From: Phoronis australis
Lineage: Eukaryota; Animalia; Phoronida
Length of the DNA stretch: 64,000 nt
Direction of reading: 5' to 3'
NCBI GenBank assembly: GCA_002633005.1
Contig: NMRA01000366.1
Location: 198,319-262,318, forward strand
Of the stretch, positions 1 through 13,015 are shown in pieces. A program made the position numbers and the translations under genes. The notes beneath the pieces were generated by a model that saw only the letters and a list, made by a program, of their open reading frames with translations, did not search any database and was not told the DNA's origin. The stretch's first letter is position 1, and each line of letters begins with the position of its first letter.

Positions 1-3000
1 GACGAACGAAGCTGTCGGAAATGAGTAAGAAATAGGTGATAGTCTTGTTCAGTAGAAGGTAAACCAACAAAAGCTTAACAAAATCATTAATCAAATAAAT
101 AACGATATCAAAAAATCTGTAATAATTCAAAAATTAAAAAGTTTTCTGAAACCACGTTCAAAACTCTATCTAATGGAGTAGATTCACAAAATTCCGTAAA
201 CTTTTCAAAAAAATAAATTTTGCATTTTTTGAAATGGAAAGTCAAATAACTCAAAATAGTAAGTTTGAAAAACTATTGTAGCAGATCATATGATAAAATA
301 TATTTCAGAAAATGCACATGCAAAAATTTACGTAATTTCTTCATCCCGTTCAAAGTGGCACGCCAGCACGATGGAAAATTGCTGAAAAGCTACAAATCCG
401 CCATTTTCAGTTGAAAACAACTTCCTGTTTAACAGCACTCGACAAAAGCTAAAAACCTACGCTTGAAATAGTTCGACAATGCGCCCTCTGCAGGACAAAA
501 TGATTTGGTTGCGAAATCGAGTTGGGCATGCGCGATGGCAGATATTTCCGTCAACTAAACGTTAAAGATTGTAAGCGCATTTGTAGTACACGTTTTCATC
601 TATAACTATACCGATTTCAACTGTTTACGTCAAATATTGCGGCTTCTATGAGCATTTGAATCTGATTTCAAAAACAAAATGGCCTTCACACCCGCCATCT
701 TGAATCCGATCATGACGAAAAACCATAGAGTTTCAGCTTTTGCAGAACTAGATGTTGTGTGTGATATTTGTGAAAATTGAACGAAAAATGCGACCTGTAG
801 AGTGCGGGCAACAAAAAAATGAAGGCAGAGCACCAAACTTGGCGAAATTTATTTCGCCAAATAAACAACGTTCAACGATACAGTGCCCACAAAGTATTCA
901 AACCTTCCGGAATTTGGTTCAGTGTACTGCAATATGTCTTGCAATTTCCCAACAAGTAGTACCTGCATCCCACTTGTAAGTCTGATAGATCTCAGCAGTC
1001 TGGATTTAATCCGTTACGCTGTGCTTTGCCCTGGAATCTAAGTAGTTTTTACAGCATTGGGACACACCACAGTTCATGAATTGCAAATAGAGGGCGCTGT
1101 GAGTGCCCTGCCAATGAAGATTTCACTAGTATCAACGTCACACTTAGCTTCCACGTTTCAAATAAAATTTTGCATTGGGGTAAGAATTGTTCTACTTAAA
1201 CATATGACATCCAGGTGATGCCGATCATGGAAACAATGTTGTTGAAGCGGTGAAGGATGGCAACTTTCAAATTTTAAAACGTTAAAAATAACGCTTAATC
1301 AGGACCCCAATTGAACCGTGAAAGCAAAGATTGAAACTTCGAAAAAGTGTAAAAATAACCCATATGCGTAATGTCAACCAAACTTTCCAGAGTTTTTTCC
1401 ACAAATAAGCAATGGTACTGAAAGAGGGCGGACCTATATTGCGCGCGACATCCATATTACTGAAAAATGCAGACGTTTTCTAATTAGCGAAAGGCATAAT
1501 TTTTCTAACTCATTAATACTTCTAGAGCAGATGGATGTCATTCCACTATGTTACCATTAAAAACTTACAACCTAACAATTATCAGCTGACCAAATACATT
1601 TAACAAGAGCCCAGTTTTTTGTGCCATTGTCATTTTTCCAGGCTTCAGGCAAAAAATTGATATAAGTGATGCAGCCTCAAGAAAACGCCTGCTACATTTG
1701 CTTCAAACCAGCTAATTTTAAAGATCCCGAATACTTGTTTCACATTAAACTCGTTCAGGTTTAACCGACAAAACAAACTTAGCCGAACTCGGGTCGATCA
1801 TGGCTAATAAATTTGTCAAGTAACCTATAGTTCCCAGAATGGTCAAAAGGGGGTGCAAACAGAAATGCTGCTATTGGACGATCGATCACACTCAGAAACT
1901 CATTGTTTTTAACTGGTAAACTTGGTCATTCAATAAAAACCCTGACAAATTGTTGGTTTTTATGTCCATCTTCTCCACAGAATATTCCACCTTACCGATC
2001 AAATAAAGCATTGACAAAGGGGGTTGTTCGTTTTTACACCTTGTTTCTTCCGCAGAGAGATTCCACCTTTCGATCCCTGATCCAATCATCATGTGACGAA
2101 CGGAGTTCAAGTTAAGGTCACTGTCTTTTGATTGACAATTTTTTCACGGACCCGATTATTTTCAAAGAGAATACAAGACTAGATTTTCGGTTCCCCGATC
2201 AAAGATCGTGATTCATTTCGATGTATAACACAAAAAAACAACTTAACTTGAAGTTCAACTACAGTCTTATTCGCCAAAAAAGGGCTCAGCAACTTGAACC
2301 TGACGGCCTAAAAGTTGCTTGTCAAGGCGAGTTCCAGTCGCAATATGACGTAACCAATTTCAATTCAAGCAAAAAAATAATAAAGTGGTGTTTTCCGAAG
2401 AGCAAATCCGCATTTGGAAGAAGATTGTGTTTTGAAGGCCAGAACGTAGTTGATTGTATTTTTAAACAAACCCTATTAAGTGGCACTGAACCCTTAATTT
2501 CAGTCAGATAACAAGTTTTTATTTAAACCATTCACCGCTGTAAAATCGGTCTTGTCTTGTTCCTTACTCGGTTTAGAAGTGATCTCAAGAACTCGTAAGA
2601 TTTTTAGTCACGCCGTGAGCTCAACTTGACTAAAAGAGGTTACTCACTGCCAGTCTCTCGAAGCTCTTGAATCACCCCCAGTTTGACTAAGGAAAATTTT
2701 TTACCAATTTCATAATAGTAACTAGTCCAAATCAAAAGTTGTTTTTGTGATGACAGCGTATTTATTGAGCATGTTCATCCCCATTTCTTTGAACTATTTC
2801 AAGGTGTCATCATGTATGCTTAGTGTTACTGAGCATTTGAAGAGGGCCAGTGATGCCCTCGTTTCACATTCACCGTCTTTCTTGCACCTACCGGCTAGAC
2901 AATGAAAGACCATAGACAACACTGGACCGCAGATTCCTCGAATCTGGATCACACGAGCACGACCTGCAGATCAAACCACTGCTCCCTTGTGAGACAATTA

Positions 3001-6000
3001 TGTATAGATGAAATGCTGCATCACTTTTCTGTTTTAACTTTATTTTTTGTGTGGATTTTATTGAATGTTTATAATTGTATGCTATATTTACCAAATACAT
3101 AATGCCGCGATACTCTGTGTTTGATTATACATATTTTTGAATGATCAAAATACGATTAAAACAAAAATAAGTAAATGAATTGAACCGATGCCCGAATTAT
3201 TGAATTAAGTCGGCCAAGAGACGTCAATGACACCGCATTACTCGCAGGTGCAAGGAAGTTTGCATCAGTTGTCACCCCACTCATGACGTCGACCATTAAA
3301 GTATTTGGGCGAGGTGAGAGCGTAAGAATGGCCCTCAAACGGCAGATTTAATCCGACACTTTAGCTCTACACAAATCCATTGGAGGGTCCAGTATCATTC
3401 CCTTCAATCGACGCAGCCTTGAGGCGCGATTATCTTTTGCTGGTACTTCAATCGGTATCAAAGATATGAAAATTAGATCTACCCGGAGACGAATCTCCAC
3501 ATAGACTAAAGTGACAAAAGGGAAGGTTTCAATAGCAGGTGCCTTTCTAATGATGATACAAAGACCAGCTTTACAGGTAGAAAGAGCGTTTTCTTTACCG
3601 TAATAATCTGTAGGCAATATTTTCACTGCAAATAAAATTACTCGAAGTGGGTGATACGGCATTGTTTGGTGAGATTTTACTTAGTCATCAACTCTGATTG
3701 ACTGAATAGCAATTGTAATCAGCTGTTTAGTAAATCACTGATTTCTGATACACGTCAAGCACGTTTTCACCTGTTATTTTCTCGCCAATTTCGAGCTCGC
3801 GTATTAAATGGCAATACCCTAAGATTTCGTGAAGAATTACTGAAAACCGATTTAGCGAGATATGGTTCAATTCAAAGAGCGTGCATTGCAATGATTACAT
3901 TTGAACTAGTGTTTGCCAAAATGAAAGTTTGCATCAAAATGTAATTGAAGACATCGTTGTAAATTTGATAAGAATATTCTTTGCTTGGTTCCCGCAATTG
4001 GAAATTTAAAATTAAACATAAAAATAACTTTAAATACAAGTGCACCTGATCATAAGCAGAAAAATGGATTTCGCGGATTTTAATGAATAAACAGGTTTTT
4101 ATTGATTTTGAAGAGAATCTGAATTTTCCGCGGATGTAAAATGGTCAAAATAATCCTGCTGTGCACATTTGCACATTTGCACTTTTATAACGTATATTCG
4201 CATCAAAATGCGGAGGATAATTCACGTGCTCACATAAAGATTAGGTATGACTCTATAAAAATGTCACTCAGGTAAGTTAGGCTAACTTCTGAACATCATA
4301 TCTCAGAAATAGTTGATAGTAGTCATAGGAAACTTTGTTGTTGTTGTAATTAAATTTGGCCATGTCATTGATATCGTTTTTTGCTAACAGTTTGCCTTTT
4401 TGGTAAATTTTGTTGAAAAGTCATGGTCACGTGGTCCAATTAATGATAGGTGTGTTGATACCTGGCTAAATACGCAGACTTGTCGATAATGGCCACCATT
4501 GCCCTTATTTTCACCAGTTTGGAGCACAAAAAGAGTTTCACAGTTTACAGTCCTGTGTATGGTAATCATATTTTACTGGCAAGTTATCTAAAGAGAAGGT
4601 CAGAACGTGCTGTACATCTGCGGCGGCCACTTTGTCGGTGCACTACCAAAATTTGCCGTATTTCTTTCAGGTTATTTTTAAAGCATTCCTTGACGTGCTA
4701 AACGAGCATCATTTGGGAACAAGTTTAAAGTATGTTGGTTTGCCCCATTGTGTTTTAACTGAAAGGAATAGAAGAGTACCTTTAATCCAACAAAGTTCTA
4801 TTCTACCTTGAACACAATGTGTTCAGTATCACCGGCTTTCAAGCCGATTTGAACAACTTTTAGTTACAAAAATGGCACAGAATGAAATTTGCTGCATGGA
4901 GCAGGGTTGTGATTCAGGAAACAAGAAACTCGCGAAAACGCAATATCACGCAAGACTTCGCGAGATATCGCCATGCATAACAAGCAAAGCGTCTAATCGA
5001 ACTGCGCTTTTCTCGCAAGTGTCTTGCGCCTGCAGGCGTGCCTGAAAGGAACTTCATCGTGCACGCGTCGCCTGACACGCAGTCAGCAGGTGGCAATTTG
5101 TTTAAATTTTGATTCTTATTTTTCAAAACACAGCCGTAATGTCGCGTGGAAGAAGTGCCGACTTGTTATTATTAGTGTTTTGATTACAACACTTACGAGC
5201 ATAAATAACCCTATTTACACCAGACCAGTGACCAGACGTACCAATATTTTCTGGCAAAACAAAAATATTGCCCTTGATGTTAAGAGCGGAAATACAAGTC
5301 GACTATACAGTCAACTACACCTAAAGAGGTTTTCACTGTTACCATTGAATATAAGGCACAACGTAAGCGTGCGGAACTTGAATTAATTACAATTTTAAAT
5401 GGCATTGTTAACACACGATAACAGTTTATTTATGAGTATTTTTAATCGGTGTCTCCACCTGAATCAAAGAAAAGAGGAACCATCGTAGATCAAAGCTCCT
5501 CTGAAAACCAAGACATATTGGCAAAAACTCTCCTAAAGCCGACCGGAAACCATTCTTTCTATTTTTTTACAAAGGCGGTTATTATGTAGAGGCACCTGAA
5601 CACCTGAACCTGTAATAGTTGTATCTGATCGTAAAATGGAATTTCCTATAGATCAAACACGTTTTCGTTTTTTACCACTGCTGCAAAACTTGTTAGCATA
5701 AATTGCGACTGAAATAGTGGATCTTCTGTCTTTTATTGACGTAGTTTGATAACTCTTCTCTAAACCAACCATGGGATATAAAGGAAGACGTGCACGCCCA
5801 CGTTAGGTTCTGCTGAAATCCAATCTGCCAAATATTGACCTTCGGCCTTTGAAGGTCGTCAACGAAGCAAATAGTCCCACAATGGCATTTTGCTCCAAGT
5901 CATGATAACAAATTCATTCAATTTTATTCTGATTCGGACACCGTTCATGTAACCATCCATTTCGAGTGTATTCGAGTGGACATCCAATTTCCAGCATGAA

Positions 6001-7453
6001 TGGGCTCGATGTCAGAGAGTAGAGACCTAATTTAAGTATAATAGTAAATTACGGCCAGTCATCGAAGACGCTATCATTATCCACCGAAATTTAGGTGATC
6101 GTGAAAATCGTGTGAACCAGTGCATCGTCCGAGGTTGTGCAATTTCATTGAAACATCGTGACAGTTTTAATTTAATAATAGATTGACGTTAATTTTGTAG
6201 TTCAAGATGGACTTAAGGCGAAATTTAAGTATTAAGTAATCCACTTTGCGTAGAAAATTTCCTATCGTTGAGGAATTTCTCCGAGGCTTCAGTTTTGTCT
6301 GGACATTTCCACGTTTAAAATTTACAAAAAAGTTGCATCGGATGCCATGGAGATTCTTACGTTATTTTAGTAAACTTCACACATAAACTATACGTTCCCG
6401 GTGTTTTCAAGTCTCGCGTCGACATTTTTGACAATCGCATCTCACAACCATTGACAGGTTTATGTTTACGTTTACATATTTTGCAAGTTTAAGAGCTCAA
6501 TTCATTTCTTTCACTTCTCTTCTTCAAATTAATGTAATATATTCGATGTAACAGACATAGAAAAGCAGTGATTTATTTCATATCATGCAGAAATAGTTAT
6601 TCAAATATGCTAAGTGGTCAAATACATCTACACCTTTGTTTCAAGTGAATTCAATTAGAACGTCATTCAACCATAATCCTTACACAGACGAAAGGGCCAG
6701 CTGAAAATTTGTCTCAATAGAATTGTACAAACTCCAATATGCATCACAATTCGCATGTATATTAACACATATCGATATCACAATCTCCTGTAATAACACG
6801 CCTGTAATGCGTTATCAAAACACAAACGGTAATTAGTGTACATGCGAACGCCGGCAATTTATTGCGACACTAACTGATGAACACAGAGTCTGATGATTCC
6901 AAGCAAATACAGTATACTAAAAAAATGCCTTTCCTTCGTGTATTACACGTATAGGTCAGTCATAACAAATGATTTCTTTACGCCAGCATTCCAAATCTTT
7001 TACATCTGTGGAAATCGAGCTTGCGACGCACATTAATTTCACGGGACATCTGTCGAACATAAAAGTAATTCTTATGAATTCAGTAAAACCATCACGTGTT
7101 TTCTCTTAGGGAAACAGTTTGACGAATGCTTCCTGATGCCAAAAGTGGTCACTAAAGATGGATATGATACGACTTGGAAAACATTTATAGCTCGCATGTC
7201 TGCGTTTATTGCTTGAGATCGACAATGGAGACGACTAAAGGGTATTTAAACAGTACACACCATGGACTTTTGGACATTTTGAATTACCGCTGGCCACAGA
7301 CTAAATGTATGACGTAAAATTTAGCTAAACCCATGTTTATTTTGTGTAATTAGCTCGAAATTTTGATTTTTCTTTCAATTTTGCCAATTTTCACATTTGC
7401 CACCATGTGACGTCATGGGTTGAACACAAGAGATCAGTGACTAGTATTGAACA

Positions 7454-7720
7454 ATGGCGGAGAGCAGGGAATTTGAAAGCGACGACGATTATGAGCAAGA
7501 ATTGAACAAATACTATGAAGAAACGTACGGGAATGGTGGCCAGGATGAGGAAATGGGGTTGCACGAAAGCGAGAACAAGTTTAATGTGCTTCCGGCTGCG
7601 TACTTTTCTACTTTGAGCCTTACGAACTGGATCCTACCGCGAGAGAAGCGGCCTCGGGCTCAGCGAGTCAACCCAGTCATCACAGACGATCCTGAATTAA
7701 GAGATGATGTTTCTAAATGA
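7454..7720 (+). pseudogene. Acidic N-terminus of Kolobok accessory (KolX-like) ORF remnant
   Basis: MAESREFESDDDYE... followed, with a frameshift, by YFEPYE, resembling the PYxFEP motif of KolX/P2X7-tail-like proteins. Convergent with the THAP remnant. Confidence 0.4.
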
Positions 7721-7733
7721 TGAATATTGCCCT

Positions 7734-7985
7734 TTATTGAACCAGGCCTTCATCGTAACGTCTCCTGTGACTGGAGTCGAAACACGAGTCCTCAAATTGG
7801 GCAGAACACAGAGTGGCCCCGGACCGAATCGCTTGCCAGCTTGGTCCACTATGACGTCCCACAGTCTCGTTCGGCGCACGAAGCGATGCCATTTCTGCGC
7901 AACTTTGGTGTCCTTCGGAACACAGAGACGTTCTCCGCCTGGCTGCTGTTGCTGCAGCCTCCGGAAACACATCTTTTGATCCCTC
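7734..7985 (-). pseudogene. Frameshifted THAP zinc-finger (transposase N-terminus)
   Basis: Three frames stitch to KRCVSGGCSNSSQAENVSVF / PKDTKVAQKWHRFVRRTRLWD..GP / ATLCSAQFEDSCFD, the THAP pattern C-x4-C..FP..W..LCSxHFE with His replaced by Gln. Confidence 0.7.
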
Positions 7986-8344
7986 TACGAACCTTCTCGA
8001 CGCTTCAAATGTACTTTGCTTTCTGTTCACTCTATACACTTTGTCTCTGATCAGAACAGTATGGCGATCGACTTGGGTTCAACCCATGACGTTGTACATA
8101 ATTATTATTTTTTCAATGTTTGCGCGTTTCTTTATGAGCTGTGCACTAAAGGCACTGAAATCAAGTAAGATAAAATAATAAAGTTTATTTTGAGGTACTA
8201 GAGTCATGTTGTGTACACTTTAAAGAAAGTCGTTGTATTGTAGTAATGTTTTTCACGTGGCTTTACGGTACTAGTATCGGCAACTTTATTCTATATGCTT
8301 AATTATTAGTATTTTTAAATTAATATTTCTAACAATATTGTATT

Positions 8345-8720
8345 GTGGTATATTGTCGACGATCGTGACGAAGACGACAACGATGTCGACGATGGTGGTG
8401 ATGATGTTGATGATGATGATGATGATGATGGTAATGATGATGGTGATGATAATGATGGTGATGATGATGATGATGGTGATGATGATAATGGTGATGGTGA
8501 TGATGCTGATGATGATGATGATGATGATGATGGTGATGATGATAATGGTGATGGTGATGATGATGATGATGACGATGATGGTGATGATGATGATGAAGAT
8601 GATGATGATGATGATGATGATGATGAAGATGATGGTGATGGTCATGATGATGACGATGATGATGATGATTGTGATAATGATGGTGATGATAACTAACGAA
8701 AATGATGGTTGCGACGATAA
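8345..8720. repeat. Imperfect (GAT)n microsatellite
   Basis: Long run of GAT/GGT/AAT/GAC triplets. Confidence 0.97.
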
Positions 8721-8960
8721 GGATTTTGTCTTCGGACCAGAAAATACCGGGGAAGAGCTCCTGTGTTGGCCACTTATAATATCCGGGACGCACGGCGCTC
8801 AGATGTGTGATCCTTTACACGGTCACATTTTCATTTTGCTTAAAGTCCCTGCACATCGCTGATGAAACTAAGCAAAAGAACTCATTTTCATTGCAACAGA
8901 ACATTTTCATTGCAACAGAGCTAACTCCTCAGAACAGCTGCACATTTTACCAAGATTTAT

Positions 8961-9034
8961 TGATGGGCGGCGCAGCATTGAAAAAAAGGGGGGACTATAG
9001 CCCCTCCCCAGCCCCCCTGTGGTGCACCGCCCAT
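8961..9034. mobile_element. Tiny MITE-like inverted-repeat element
   Basis: ATGGGCGGCGCA ... TGCACCGCCCATG terminal inverted repeats around G and C tracts. Confidence 0.4.
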
Positions 9035-12000
9035 GTTGCTGCGTTAAAAAGATTACAATTCAAAGGGTCGTTCATTCAATTACAATAAACAAGGGATTTG
9101 CAGAGTCTCCCTACAACAACAAATTGAAGAACAAAAAATTAGCATACTATATTATCACGCAGTATATCTCCTTGTGGGAAAATCACGTGGACCTGGTTTC
9201 CCATCCTTTTAGATCCGCCTCTGTTCCTCAAATTATTTAAGTTATTGGCAACAGAAGCCCAGTCTATTGTAGCCGATTAGTCCGAATACATCGACTCGAC
9301 AAATACATGGGCCGCGTACAGCAAACACTTAGGGCAGATGCTGTGAGTTATATACCTTTGGCAAACAGGTTGATGGAACATACTCGTTCACCCCATTGAC
9401 AGAGGCTCAAGCCTTTGATAGATGCATCGCACCAAAATCTAACAAACAGTTTTGATTTCTCCGACAGGATTTTCTGAGTGGGTTTTACGGTTTGCTTAAT
9501 GGTTCTGATGCGGGATCATTCTCAGAGTATTTGAATGAATGCATTTATCACATTGGTTATTATTGATAGTACTGATGCACACCCGAAGTAACTTTAAAAA
9601 TGCAACTAAATGAACGTATTCATCAATTATAATTTCAATAAGTATTACTTAAATCTGCAAAAAAAACGCGCGTTTGGTCGAAGAAAAAATTTTCGATTTA
9701 GCCAACTTACCGCCTTCAAATTAGTCTCAACCAGCTCCCTAATCAGATGAGAAGTGATTTTTGATCTTGCAAAGACCAGAGAGATTCTGCAAAACAAGTA
9801 AAATGACACTCAATCCCAACTCAGTTTGCAGGGCCTTGTCCCTAGCAATAACGAACTGTCAGGAATCACCCGAATTTCATCTAATTAATATTTTGGGACC
9901 AACTTCCTAACCATAAGTGGTTTAAGCCAAACGTTGTCTTTTGTGCCGGAAGGGTGGCTTAGTCCCTTAGGACCACCTGTACTCCCGTGTTTTGCACGAC
10001 ATGACGAGAACGCACTCGGATTATATTTTCAATTTGCCTGATGCTATCGTCTATTCTAAAAATACGTCAATTCTTGAAATATTTGGCACACAAATAATCA
10101 CCAAATTTATTATTTTTTATGTTTGAAAGCTTACTAACTTGGCACTCTGAGTCAGCATTTACCAGGCGCGGTACAAATTTTAATAACAATTTTTGAGAAA
10201 TTCCATATAACAAAACTTCATTTATTATTGCCTCAAAATATAACAGTATCAACTAAACTTTTTAAATTTAATCTGCATTTACGTCATGGCAACGAAAGAC
10301 TATTGTTTAATCCCTTTTATTTTTTATCTAGAATAAGACGGTTTTCGGTTAGTTCAATTTTTGCGTTGATCGGAAGCAAACACGTTTCGATATTTGCCAA
10401 TGTTCGATCTCGGAGGTTCACGTTTGTGCCTTATTTCCTCCGTAATTACTGTACATGGACGAATACGTCCCACACAAATTATGATACCGAGTCCCAAAAA
10501 AACTCAAACTGGGGAGGAAGGATTAGAATTACTGAAGGTTACAAAGAGCCCATATGAACTTATACACAACTTCTGAAAACTTCATTCAAAGTCCAGTGGC
10601 CCTCTCTAGTAGAGGGACAACCCGTATTTGAACATTGCGGGTGACCCCTCTAAATCAAATACGATCTATTTGCCCAAAGAAAAGTGCATCTATTAGAGAC
10701 CTTCACTTGCCTACTGACGGCAAGATTTTACCCAATCATACCCCGGGGCTTATTTTGATTAGCAGTTCTCACGTTCTATAGATTACGTAACATAGCTCCA
10801 AATACTGTCTTTCACCAGCAGCATATTTTCCATGCTTCTCGCTCCCGGGCATATTTCTATTTGAAACTAAAATTTGTCTGAATGTAAATATTTTCCATGT
10901 AATCTTTTATTTTCAATTTCCTGCTACATCATGGTAAATGAACTGTTTGAAATTGCACTAATATTAATTTTATTTTGTTCTCAATTCACTAAAAAATCCG
11001 CATTTTGGAATGTCATTACCCATATACGCCCTTGCGTTTATTAAAAATATTGAAGCCTATGACCCAAACGCTCTTATATATACAAAAAGCTTTAACGCAT
11101 AAAACGAAGTGAGACCGATTCAATAGCTGCTGGTCGGCTGAAATGTAATGAACTCACAGACGGCACCGCTGTCACGCGCTGGCCAAGGCGCTTCACAACA
11201 TTGCGAAGGTCCTGTGTTACCACCTTGCACATATATTTCATTTTGCTGCAATCTTAAAGTTCGACTCAAGACTGTAAACTCAGAAAATCTTTATCTCACA
11301 TGGCACATAACGGGAGTAACTTGTCCTATTTCACATTTTCTGAGTCACCTGACGTTTAACTTTTACACGCTGCAAAGTTTTCAACCGGAAGGACTTAAAG
11401 CATTCTAAATATAACAGGCGTGGTATTCGGAAGCCGGTGGAAATCAGAGCCTCTCTGACCAAAACTGAAGTTACGCATAGCTATAGTGCATTATCTGTTC
11501 CATTCACTTTTGATTTTATCAGCCTCCAGCGAAATAACAAATAATTCCATTAAGCCGCATGCAACCATCAATTTCCCATTACAATACAGCGGTGGTGAAA
11601 GCCCGACACTTTCACTGGATTTTAATTTATTTCCGAGCCTGTACAAACAGAAAGGCTGCCCTTATACTCCGATTGGCTTTGAAAGGTTGGAACCGATTTC
11701 AAAGGAGTATATTTGGACAGTTACGCGAGCGTTCCTAATTGTTCCCCGATACCGCTGCACGTTTGTGACTCTTCGGACACTGATTTTCACGGAGTCAACA
11801 CTCACAAGGTATCTGCTTGTTTTTATATCATTCAGTGGCGACCCAGATAGAAACCTTGAGCTACCGGATAGCATCAGATAACACCAGCCCTTCGCGTTAT
11901 GTGATACGATTGTTATCTGATACACGTACATTGTATACTCGTATACAGTGAAGTTTTATTCAGAATTTTAAATGAAGAGAACTTTTGTGAGATAAACACA

Positions 12001-12799
12001 CCCGGGAATCTATATACCCAGTTGTATAAAAGGCCTGTCTTGTAGTCATGCTTGGCCAGCTTGGCAACGAAGAGCAATCTGTCTAGAAAATAAAAATAAA
12101 AAAACACAGGTGCTTGGTAATCAGCGGACCTTATAAAGAGTTGAATATTTACGACGTTTGGGTTATACCACGAAGTAGTATTACATGAATCCACAATTTC
12201 TACCTTGCAATTTACCAATTTTATTTCATAAAGCGTTTGCATTGTTTGCAAATAGACTACTAACGAAAACGGAAAACTAAGAGGCTAGTTTTTGATTTAT
12301 AAAAATTCTGTTGCACCAAACAAACAGCAAACTAGATTAGGGGAAGAAGAAAAGAAAAGGAAATGATTATAGAAACAAAATGGATGCATTGCGTTTCGAA
12401 TGAATACAACTTTTTAAAGCAACGGTAAACCCGTGCTTTGGCTGTCAAAAATGAATGAGGTTACTTACTGTCAAAACATTTGGCTCCCAAATTACCTCTT
12501 CAGTTCAGGCGGCCCCCAAGTTACCTTTAATCTGACCAAGGAACAGATCGAGACCAATTTCATTATTTAAACAAAAACAAAAAATCCCTGACTTACGTAA
12601 TTAAAATATTTCTAGTGAAATCTTGCACGAAATTGTGACTGAATGGTCTAACATATACTGATATTTTTGTTTATCAAGACGTCATTTTAGGATACGCTTA
12701 CCGTCTTCCAAACTCTAAATTTCTTTCATTGAAGCAGTCGTGTCTATCCGCGTGATTTTTTTGTTAAACTCCATTACCAATTTGTAATCTCGAACGATC

Positions 12800-13015
12800 C
12801 CCCCGTTTAGCGAAGTTGGCAAAAAGGTCCGCCTCAGAGAAACAAAAGCTCCGAAAAAAGTAGAAAATGAGACAACTGTCCACTAAAACGTCAGGAACTA
12901 CCAAAATTCGGCGAATGCACAATTCATAGCTTTGAACGTACTCCGTGAAACTTAGTAAAAGGTCCACATTCTTAAAAATTCGAGCACCCCAATTTTTAGG
13001 CTGGGTGCTCGCATG
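12800..13015 (-). mobile_element. MITE family A (CATGCG..CACCCAG termini), copy 1
   Basis: Its reverse complement aligns with 17498-17705 (e.g. GTCCGCCTCAGAGAAACAAAA, ACTACCAAAATTC, AGTAAAAGGTCCACATTCT). Terminus CTGGGTGCTCGCATG. Confidence 0.75.

Larger units (their letters stand above)
7250..8219. mobile_element. Internally deleted Kolobok-like DNA transposon
   Basis: TTAA on both sides (7246-49, 8220-23). Imperfect TIRs ACAGTACACACCATGGACT / AGTCATGTTGTGTACACT, plus an inner 21-bp inverted repeat ACGTCATGGGTTGAAC(A/C)CAAG (~7410, ~8072-8092). Contains a frameshifted THAP on the minus strand and an acidic ORF start on the plus strand. Confidence 0.72.

Noticed and set aside
8286-8862. Poly-His, poly-Asp, poly-Met and poly-Ile ORFs
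   Set aside because: All are frames of the (GAT)n microsatellite, with no splice or domain support.
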